From IMG/VR virus record IMGVR_UViG_3300044833_000114, positions 29,932 to 93,931 of that record: a DNA stretch of 64,000 bases; one strand, given 5' to 3'. The position numbers and the translations under genes are program-made. Positions 56,656 through 64,000 of the stretch are shown here, piece by piece. Below the pieces are notes generated by a model. It saw only the letters and a program-made list of their open reading frames with translations. It searched no databases and had not been told where the DNA came from. The DNA comes from a virus. Numbering within the stretch: the first letter of the stretch is position 1; every line of letters starts with the position of its first letter.

Positions 56656-58806
56656 ATGTCGTTCAAAGACCTAGCGCTTCCGATGGCGATGATGGGTGTT
56701 CCGGTTGCGCGTCTGCAGCCGAAGAGCAAGGTTCCGATGGACAAGGCGTGGCAGAACCTCGCCACCACCGACGTAAATAAGATTCTCGCCTGGGACTCAG
56801 AGACTCCCGGCGCCAACTGCGCATGCGTTGCCAAGCCCGACGGCGTGTTGTTCTTCGAGACAGACGAGCCAGGAGTAATCGAACGATATGAAAAAGAAAC
56901 CGGAGAAAAGCTCCCGAAGACGTTCACCGTTTGTTCCCGCAAGGATCGATTTCACTTCTACTTCAATCAGACTGACGAGACTCGCAGATGCGGATCGATT
57001 ACTCAGAAAGAAATTCCATTTGGTTCGCTCCGCCAAAACAACGCTTACGTTGTGTCTCCAGGATCTATTCATCCTACGACAGGGCAGCCTTACGCTGTCC
57101 ACGACTCCTCCCCAATCATCCCTGCACCCGCGGGGCTAGTTGCTTGGCTCCTCTCCCAAAGGACCAAGGCTCAAACAACTAGCCCTTCCCTCCAAGGCGC
57201 AGATCCGATTCCTCTCGGGCAGCACGACGTAACTCTCGCGGCGATCGCCGGCAAGTTGCGACAAGACGGACTGGAGCGGGAAGAGATTGAGGCCGTGCTG
57301 GTTCGTACCTGCGAGCAGCGCTGCCAAGGTTACGGCAGCGACTACGTCGATATGTGCAAGAAGATCGCGAAGTCCATCTGCCGCTACCCGGCTGGAAACG
57401 CGGGACCAACCGTTTTGATCGGCGGAAAACTTCCGGGGCAGAACGTGACGCAAGCCCGGGCCCAGGAGAATTCTCCGCGTCCTGGCGTCGAACTTCTTCC
57501 CTCCGACCACGAGATCGTCGAGAACAAAATTCAAGCGACAGTTTTCGAATACCCCTATTGGTGTTGGAACGGAACGTTGTACGAAGACTTCGCCACACTC
57601 TGCGGAGAGAACAACGTAGTCCCGAAAGAGTATTTCATCGAAGCAGTCAAAACGGTTGTGGGGGCGATATGCGGCCACCGGATATTCCCGTTCAAGACCC
57701 CGAGTCAGGAAGGTCGATTCTACACAATTCTTATCGGGCCAGGGGGTTCCGGGAAATCCTCAGCAGCCAGGTGGGCTCGGGATTTGTTTATTAGCACCGG
57801 CCTTCTCTACGAGCTCAATCAGAGCGGGGGCTTTTTGAACATCGGAGTGGCACAGGGGTCTTTCGCCTCCTCGAGCGGACTGATCAAGAACGGATTCAGT
57901 AAGCACTCTCGCATTCTGCAGTTTTATGACGAAGCCACTACTGTGATTGAGAAGTTCGGAATCACCGGTGCGGGCGATTCGTTTCTAGACGCTGTCAACC
58001 AATTGTATGAATCAGGAGCAATGCCACAGCTGATCACCAAGAGCGACAAAGAGCCGAGCGTATCTTCAGGACGTCTCGTACACAACAGCATTTTGGGCTG
58101 CACGACAAAAGAGAAGTGGGCATCTGCGTTCGTTAAGACGAACTCTGAAAGCTCTGGATTCTTCCAACGATTGAACATAGTAACAAATGATTCCGAGGAT
58201 CGTGTTGCAAACTTCCAAGACCCTGATCTGTCTGCGCTTCGTGACCGGTTCGTTCGTAAGATTCAGCCTCTGGAGTTTCAAGAAGTTGTCGTTGTTAAGA
58301 CCCCAGAAGCTTCAGACATATTCGAGAAATGGTACAGGGATAAGAGAGGTGAGTGGCGCGATCTGCCAACAGATGTTACCGGCCGTATTCAGGTCCTCAC
58401 GCTAAGAAACGCGTCTCACCTGGCGTGGTTAATGTCTGGTGATGATGTTTTACCAGACGCCGAGAAGGCTGCTATTCCGATTGAGGTCCTGTGCGACGAA
58501 GACATCATGAATCGCGCCATCGCTCTAGCAGAGTATGAAATAGAAGCTAGGCAGGCGCATCAACCCGCTCGCGGAAAGAACGACTACGCGATCGTCGAGG
58601 ATCTTGTTCGTGTAGCAGTTAAACGCGCAGGGTCCATAGCCAGATACAAACTGAGTCGCGAGATCCGCGCTGATAACTACGGCGTTCAGATATTTGACAA
58701 GGCTATTCAAAACCTCGTTCAAGAGGGTTACATCAAAGTCGGCCAGCGCGAAGGAGAAGCTAAGCGCGGAAGAAAAACCCAGATCCTAATGTGGGTCGCC
58801 GAATAA
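56656..58806 (+). CDS. Bifunctional primase-polymerase with PriCT and P-loop (DUF3987-like) helicase domains
   Basis: 'K.P....W', 'HFYF', 'YVVSPGSIH..TG..Y', 'L...AG.LR', 'GPGGSGKS', 'YDE'. Confidence 0.8.
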   Translation: MSFKDLALPMAMMGVPVARLQPKSKVPMDKAWQNLATTDVNKILAWDSETPGANCACVAKPDGVLFFETDEPGVIERYEKETGEKLPKTFTVCSRKDRFHFYFNQTDETRRCGSITQKEIPFGSLRQNNAYVVSPGSIHPTTGQPYAVHDSSPIIPAPAGLVAWLLSQRTKAQTTSPSLQGADPIPLGQHDVTLAAIAGKLRQDGLEREEIEAVLVRTCEQRCQGYGSDYVDMCKKIAKSICRYPAGNAGPTVLIGGKLPGQNVTQARAQENSPRPGVELLPSDHEIVENKIQATVFEYPYWCWNGTLYEDFATLCGENNVVPKEYFIEAVKTVVGAICGHRIFPFKTPSQEGRFYTILIGPGGSGKSSAARWARDLFISTGLLYELNQSGGFLNIGVAQGSFASSSGLIKNGFSKHSRILQFYDEATTVIEKFGITGAGDSFLDAVNQLYESGAMPQLITKSDKEPSVSSGRLVHNSILGCTTKEKWASAFVKTNSESSGFFQRLNIVTNDSEDRVANFQDPDLSALRDRFVRKIQPLEFQEVVVVKTPEASDIFEKWYRDKRGEWRDLPTDVTGRIQVLTLRNASHLAWLMSGDDVLPDAEKAAIPIEVLCDEDIMNRAIALAEYEIEARQAHQPARGKNDYAIVEDLVRVAVKRAGSIARYKLSREIRADNYGVQIFDKAIQNLVQEGYIKVGQREGEAKRGRKTQILMWVAE

Positions 58807-59450
58807 TGCCGGCCACATTTACCTGTCCAGGAAATGAAGGGCACCCGTGTGGGAAGACGGTTGAACGAACCTCGTCTAGGCACCGATTTTGCGTGGAGTG
58901 CTCGCGAGAACACGAGAAGGCAATCGACGCGGCGTACAGAGTTGCACACAAGAAAGAAAAGAATTCGTACGACGTAGCGTACCGCGCTGCGCACAAGGAA
59001 GAGATCAAGGCGTACAACCTCGCGCACAGAGCCGCACACAAGGAACAGCACAAGGTGTACGACTCTGAGCGCAAGGAAGAGAGTTCTGTCAGAAGCCATC
59101 ATCGAATGATTTTCGGGACAAATAAAACTCCCCCAAGAAAGAACAACGAAGGCATGCCTTTCTGTGACGCCTGGAACCCAAAGAAAGGCGGTTCTTATAG
59201 AGCGGGAGGCGACTGGATCATAGCGAACCTAGGCAGAAAGCCAGAAGGTTGCACTCTTCACATCGTCGAGCACGAAAAAGGATTCGTCCCCGGCAACCTA
59301 GTGTGGACCGACCCGGTGAAGCAGAACGCTGAACAGATGTTCAAGATCATTGCTCGATTGAGGCGCGAGGTCAAGATTCTACAAGAACAGAACGATAATC
59401 TGAAAGCTCGTGTCAGCGTGTTCGAACACAACGCTCGGGTGGCAGCATGA
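58806..59450 (+). CDS. Degenerate HNH-like endonuclease with 15-aa repeats
   Basis: Three A(Y/H)R.AHK repeats; C-terminal 'LG.KPEG.TL......GF.PGN..W' resembles the HNH at 45860 but lacks the DR.DN motif. Confidence 0.55.
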   Translation: MPATFTCPGNEGHPCGKTVERTSSRHRFCVECSREHEKAIDAAYRVAHKKEKNSYDVAYRAAHKEEIKAYNLAHRAAHKEQHKVYDSERKEESSVRSHHRMIFGTNKTPPRKNNEGMPFCDAWNPKKGGSYRAGGDWIIANLGRKPEGCTLHIVEHEKGFVPGNLVWTDPVKQNAEQMFKIIARLRREVKILQEQNDNLKARVSVFEHNARVAA

Positions 59451-61597
59451 GAGAGCTCCATTTCGATTACGAAACCCGCAGTCCGCTCGAGCTTTCAGAC
59501 GTCGGCGTCGATGTTTACTTCTCATCACCTCTTACCGAAATCCTGATGATGGCGTACGCGTTCGACGACGGCCCGGTCAAGGCGTGGGAGACTCACAAAG
59601 GTCCGTTTCCCCAGGAAGTAAAGGAAGCTTTCGTTGATCCGAACGTAACGAAAGCAGCCTGGAACGCCAGCTTCGAGCGCACAGGCACAGAAAAGAAGTT
59701 CGGCGTACTCATCCCCTTCGAGCAATGGAAAGACCCGAGCGTCGGCTCCCGGCACATGAGTATGCCCGGTGGTCTCGACAAAGTCGGAAAAATTATTGAT
59801 CTGCCGAAGGACCTTCAGAAGAACGAAGAACGCGGCGAAGTCCTGCGCCGTATGTTCTGCATGCCGGCTCCGCTCAAGAAGAGAAAGCAAGCTACGAACG
59901 AGAACACCCTGTTCGACGTGTCGCCCGTCGAAGCGCCGGTGTACGAATACACATACCGCGACCACATCACGAATCCAAAAGAGTGGGAAGAGTTTGTGGA
60001 GTATTGCCGGCAGGACGTTGTAGCCGAGCGCGCGGTCGGAAAGCGCGTGGACGTCTTCCCACTCACCCCAACCGAGCAGCGCATGTATTATCTGGACCAG
60101 AAGATCAACTGGACAGGAATGTTTGCGGACAAGGATTTCGCGTCCAAGTGTTTCGACCTGGCCAAGAGAAACAAAGACGAGTACACGGACAAGCTGAAAA
60201 AGATCACCGGGCTCGAGAACCCCAACTCCAACCAGCAGATGCTTCAGTGGGTTCAGGCTCGAGGCTACCCCTACAACTCATTGCGTAAAGAGCCCGTCCA
60301 CGCCGCACTCACCGATGATCAAGTCAAACTCACAGACGTTGGCCGCGAAGCCCTGTCGATGCTCAAGTATTCGAAGAAGACTTCGTATACCAAGTTGTCG
60401 GCGATCGTGGATTGCCTCGGAGTGGACGGGCGTCTGCGTGATCAGTTCCTCTTCCTGGGCTCTGCGCGTGCAGGCCGCTGGGCCGGACGTAACGTGCAGC
60501 TGCAGAACATGGCGCGGCCGATCAAGGCCCTCGAGAGGAAGGGCATGCTCGAGCGAGCGATCGAGCTGATCCGAGCCTTTGATTACGAAGGCGTGCAGAA
60601 GGAGTTTCCGAAAGAGCCTGTCATCGATGTGATGACTTCGTGTATTCGATCAGCTTTCGTTGCTGCTCCCGGCAAGCGCCTCGACGTTTGCGATTTGAGT
60701 GCCATCGAAAACCGAGTGATCGGTTGGGTCTCCGGAGAGGACAAGATCCTCAAAGTATTTCGAGACGGGAAGGATCCGTACCTAGACTTCGCCTCCCGCT
60801 GGTTCAACATTCCGTACGCTGTTCTGGAAGCCGCATACAACAACGGAGATCCCGACGCCAAGTTCATGCGCCAGATCTCGAAGCCGGCTGTGCTCGGTTG
60901 CGGATACAGATTAGCCGGCGGCGACTGGGGCGAGAACAAGTACGGCGACAAGATCAAGACGAGCTTGTGGGGCTACGCAGAAAACATGCATTGCCCCATG
61001 ACGAAAGACCAGGCCCACCAGGCCGTTGCAGTGTTCCGCGGCGAGTACAAGAAAGTCGTCCAACTTTGGTACGACTCCGAGCGCGCCGTCGCGCGTTGCT
61101 TGAAGACGGGATCGACTGAGTGGATAGGCCCTACGCAGCTCGTTTGGTGTGACCGCCGCAAGAGAAAGAATGGCACCTACGTTCTACGCATTCATCTACC
61201 TTCCGGTCGATGTCTGCACTACATCAACGCTCGAATTCTAGATGTTGAGATGAACGGAAGGGACGGCGGAACGTACGTAAAGGAAACGTTCGTCTACGAA
61301 GGGATCGATCAGATCCTCAAGATATGGACCGACATCAAGTCCCACGGCGGGAAGATCGTTGAGAACATCGTTCAAGCAATTGCCCGAGACATTCTCGTTG
61401 AAGCGATGCTGAAGGCCGACGAGATCGGTTTGAAGATCGTGGGACACGTCCACGACGAGATCGTCACTGAGAACGACGACACCGAAGACGGACTCGGCCT
61501 AGAAGATTTGACCTGGTGTATGTCACAAACTCCGGAGTGGGCTCCAGGGCTTCCACTTAAGGCTGCTGGGTATTCTGGGCAATTCTATAAGAAATGA
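59447..61597 (+). CDS. polA: Family A DNA polymerase with 3'-5' exonuclease
   Basis: 'DYET', 'N..FE' and 'YC.QD' exonuclease motifs; motif A 'DLSAIENR'; motif B 'RQISKPAVLGCGY'; motif C 'HVHDE'. Confidence 0.95.
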   Translation: MRELHFDYETRSPLELSDVGVDVYFSSPLTEILMMAYAFDDGPVKAWETHKGPFPQEVKEAFVDPNVTKAAWNASFERTGTEKKFGVLIPFEQWKDPSVGSRHMSMPGGLDKVGKIIDLPKDLQKNEERGEVLRRMFCMPAPLKKRKQATNENTLFDVSPVEAPVYEYTYRDHITNPKEWEEFVEYCRQDVVAERAVGKRVDVFPLTPTEQRMYYLDQKINWTGMFADKDFASKCFDLAKRNKDEYTDKLKKITGLENPNSNQQMLQWVQARGYPYNSLRKEPVHAALTDDQVKLTDVGREALSMLKYSKKTSYTKLSAIVDCLGVDGRLRDQFLFLGSARAGRWAGRNVQLQNMARPIKALERKGMLERAIELIRAFDYEGVQKEFPKEPVIDVMTSCIRSAFVAAPGKRLDVCDLSAIENRVIGWVSGEDKILKVFRDGKDPYLDFASRWFNIPYAVLEAAYNNGDPDAKFMRQISKPAVLGCGYRLAGGDWGENKYGDKIKTSLWGYAENMHCPMTKDQAHQAVAVFRGEYKKVVQLWYDSERAVARCLKTGSTEWIGPTQLVWCDRRKRKNGTYVLRIHLPSGRCLHYINARILDVEMNGRDGGTYVKETFVYEGIDQILKIWTDIKSHGGKIVENIVQAIARDILVEAMLKADEIGLKIVGHVHDEIVTENDDTEDGLGLEDLTWCMSQTPEWAPGLPLKAAGYSGQFYKK

Positions 61598-61606
61598 GGA
61601 AAACAA

Positions 61607-62641
61607 ATGAATACGTCTGATTCCATCGTGGTGACAGGAGATCTGCTTCAGCTTTCTGAAGAAGAACGAAAGAAGTTCTACGTTCAAGTCTGCGACGCGA
61701 TGCAAATCAACTTTCGGACACGTCCGCTCCAATACTTCGAGCAGGTCGATCGGGGCGGAAGGCGCAGTCTGATTCTCTACGCGCTGCGCGATGCATCGAA
61801 TCAGCTTCGTGCACTGCACGGCATCGACGCAGAGATTTCGGACGAGCGCATCGTCGGAGACGCAGTCGTGTTCACTGCGACGGCGACCAACAACAAGGGC
61901 CGGAAAGATTCCGCTGTCGGGGCAATGTCTCTCAAGGGCCTCTCCGGAAAAGATTACGCCGACGCCATTATGGCTGCGCAGACGAAGGCCAAGCGGCGCG
62001 TGACCCTCGACATCTCCGGGTGCGGATTGCTCGACGAATCTGAAGTCGAGGGGATGCACGGATCCGTGGTGCCGGTCGGCACAGAAGGCATGTCCTCATC
62101 CTACGTTCCCATTCCCGCGGCCCCTACACCTGTGCTAGCCAGCGCGCCAGCGACGGAGGTTGTCGAGCTGAAAGGTGATGCTGCCAAAGTGTTTGTTGAC
62201 GCGTTGCAGAATCCTCCAGCTCCGGCGCCAGCAGCAATTGCAGCAGCGAACAAATACGCGGCTGCAGTCGATGAAGTTAAGTGGGAGGATTACCACAAAT
62301 CGGTCACCATCGTCGTCACCGAACCATCCATTGACCCGAAGATTATCGCTGCTCTGCCGACCTCCGAGAGCGTTGCAGCCAGCTTCGCAAAAGACCGAGT
62401 ACAAGACGAACAAGAGATCACCTCTCGCCTCAATTCATTCAGAAAAGACACGCTCTCTCTAGGCGGCATGAAGCCGTCGAAGGGGTTTGGTATCGCAGCC
62501 AAGTGGTCGAAGTTCTTGGCCAAGCATGCTCCGAACAAAACGATCGAAGAATATCAAACACTTCTCATAGCTCTCGACTTAGCGCTGGAGCAACTGGGGC
62601 CGTCCGGCGTGGTCGCGAAGATTGAACAGGAGATCGCGTGA
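61607..62641 (+). CDS. Putative single-strand annealing protein (RecT/Rad52-like)
   Basis: 'GDL..LS.EER..FY..VC...LILYA....QLR...A.M.AQTKAKRR.TL...G.G.LDESE'; replication context. Confidence 0.45.
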   Translation: MNTSDSIVVTGDLLQLSEEERKKFYVQVCDAMQINFRTRPLQYFEQVDRGGRRSLILYALRDASNQLRALHGIDAEISDERIVGDAVVFTATATNNKGRKDSAVGAMSLKGLSGKDYADAIMAAQTKAKRRVTLDISGCGLLDESEVEGMHGSVVPVGTEGMSSSYVPIPAAPTPVLASAPATEVVELKGDAAKVFVDALQNPPAPAPAAIAAANKYAAAVDEVKWEDYHKSVTIVVTEPSIDPKIIAALPTSESVAASFAKDRVQDEQEITSRLNSFRKDTLSLGGMKPSKGFGIAAKWSKFLAKHAPNKTIEEYQTLLIALDLALEQLGPSGVVAKIEQEIA

Positions 62642-64000
62642 GCACATTCCCCCTCAATCCAGAACAGAAGGAAGCCGTAGCGTTTCGCGAGGGCTACGCC
62701 GTTGTGCAGTCCGGCCCCGGCAGCGGCAAGACTCGCACGACAGTGGAGCGCGTCCATGCCATCCTCGACGAAGGTTATCCGGCCGAGACTCTCCTGGCTC
62801 TCACCTTCACGCGCGAAGCTGCCCAAGAGATGGCCAAGCGCGCGAAGCTGCCGGATGATCAGAAGATCTTCCGAACCTTCCACAGCTTCTGCCTGGAGCT
62901 GATTCACCAGGAGCGATCGCACTTGCCGTTCACACTCCTGCACGCTCCGCCCGAAGCCGGCCAGCAGCGCAAGCTTCTCGGAACGCTCTGCCGCAGTAAT
63001 CGTCTGGACTTCAAGAAGTTGGTCTCTTATATCTCCGCGATGAAGCGAAAAGGCTTTTCATTCGACGGAGCTATGGAGCAGGCACGCGGCGCCGAGGGAA
63101 TGCGGCTCGCGCTCGCGTACAAGCAGTACGAAACCAAATGCCGCGAAGAAGGTTGGTTGGATTTTGATTCAATGCTGATCGAGAGCGTCCGACTACTGGA
63201 AGCGAACGAAGAGGTTCGCGCCCGGTGGCAATTCAAGTTCGTTCTAGTAGACGAGGCACAAGACACCGATGACATTCAATGGAAACTGGTCCAGCTCCTC
63301 TCCGAACGGCACAAAAACGTTTTCGCTGTTGGAGACGAGGAGCAGCTTATTTACGCGTGGCGTGGAGCAGAAGCTGACGGACTTTCTAAGTTCGCTGGTC
63401 GATTCCCTGGATGCAAGACTATCTTCCTTTTCAGAAACTATCGATCAACAGAGGAGATCGTTCAGTTTTGCAAGAAGCTTTCTCCTAAACGAAGCGAACT
63501 CATCGACCGTATGGTATCCGAAGTCGGTCATGGAGCAGCTCCGGTTGTCCGCCGGTTTGCCTCCGATTCGGACGAGGCTTCAAAAATTCTCTCGATGGTT
63601 GCGGAACCAGAACGATCTGCCATCCTCACTCGCACGAACCGTCAGCTTGCCAGGTTCGAGAATGCGTGCATTGATAGGGGAATTAAGTATAACCTCCTCG
63701 GGAAGTCTGGATTTTGGACTCAACCAGAAGTCCGGTACCTTCTCGCTTACGTACAGGCCTCCCAGTTCCCTTCCGACGCAGCAGTAAAGACCATCATTCA
63801 GTCCCCCTATCGCGAGACTAAGTACCTCAAGAAGAAGGACTTGATCTCAGCTTTGGACAAGAACGCCAAGGATGAAAAAGCAAGCCTCGGGAAGTCCACA
63901 CCGTACATCACTGCTATGACGACACCCACCATCCTGAGGCAGTTCGACCCCCACCAACAAGACAATATCAAGAGGGTTGCGCAGTTCGTTCGGTCGTTTC
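62638..64000 (+). CDS. UvrD/PcrA/Rep SF1 helicase (runs off the window end)
   Basis: GTG overlaps the upstream TGA; 'LNPEQ.EAV', 'GPGSGKT', 'LTFT..AA.EM', 'TFHS', 'VDEAQD', 'VGD..Q.IY.WRGA', 'NYRS'. Confidence 0.92.
   Translation, partial: MSTFPLNPEQKEAVAFREGYAVVQSGPGSGKTRTTVERVHAILDEGYPAETLLALTFTREAAQEMAKRAKLPDDQKIFRTFHSFCLELIHQERSHLPFTLLHAPPEAGQQRKLLGTLCRSNRLDFKKLVSYISAMKRKGFSFDGAMEQARGAEGMRLALAYKQYETKCREEGWLDFDSMLIESVRLLEANEEVRARWQFKFVLVDEAQDTDDIQWKLVQLLSERHKNVFAVGDEEQLIYAWRGAEADGLSKFAGRFPGCKTIFLFRNYRSTEEIVQFCKKLSPKRSELIDRMVSEVGHGAAPVVRRFASDSDEASKILSMVAEPERSAILTRTNRQLARFENACIDRGIKYNLLGKSGFWTQPEVRYLLAYVQASQFPSDAAVKTIIQSPYRETKYLKKKDLISALDKNAKDEKASLGKSTPYITAMTTPTILRQFDPHQQDNIKRVAQFVRSF

Noticed and set aside
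1-64000. Stop-codon recoding, DGR/retron, introns or inteins in the polymerase/helicases
   Set aside because: Genes are intact in the standard code, no reverse transcriptase is present, and the polymerase and helicases are of normal length with contiguous motifs.

Overview
64 kb of a temperate, probably podovirus-like dsDNA phage genome in the unintegrated state, with no host genes. Layout: (1) 1-10 kb, + strand: end of a tail fibre, a holin-like gene, a GNAT-like gene, three probable ejection proteins (the largest 1509 aa, with ART-like segments), a cell-wall hydrolase and a HiPIP-like gene. (2) 10-13.6 kb: lysogeny module with a MarR-type repressor, a tyrosine integrase and an attP that carries the 5' half of tRNA-Gln(CTG) between arm-type repeats. 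(3) 13.5-36.7 kb, - strand: an early/accessory block of many small genes plus a GHKL ATPase, a second tyrosine recombinase, ASCH, an SNF2 helicase, a GP88-like protein, ArdC and DUF2958. (4) 36.7-39 kb: non-coding divergence region with a structured leader, a cruciform, A-tracts, iteron-like repeats and (TG)13. (5) 39-64 kb, + strand: six glycosyltransferases and three methyltransferases, HNH and EndoVII nucleases, a T5 A1-like nuclease, nucleotide-pool enzymes, ClpP, and the replication genes (DnaQ-like exonuclease, SSB, primase-polymerase/helicase, PolA with Leu762, a probable annealing protein, UvrD). The most notable observation is a family of about 15 intergenic elements of 45-75 nt at 28.3-36.8 kb. 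They diverge in sequence but keep the same covarying structure, and most sit between a stop codon and the next RBS. Each can form a long imperfect hairpin or an alternative short hairpin. They may be an undescribed mRNA-processing/switch system or a gene-cassette system. All family assignments come from motif recognition by eye, not database searches.
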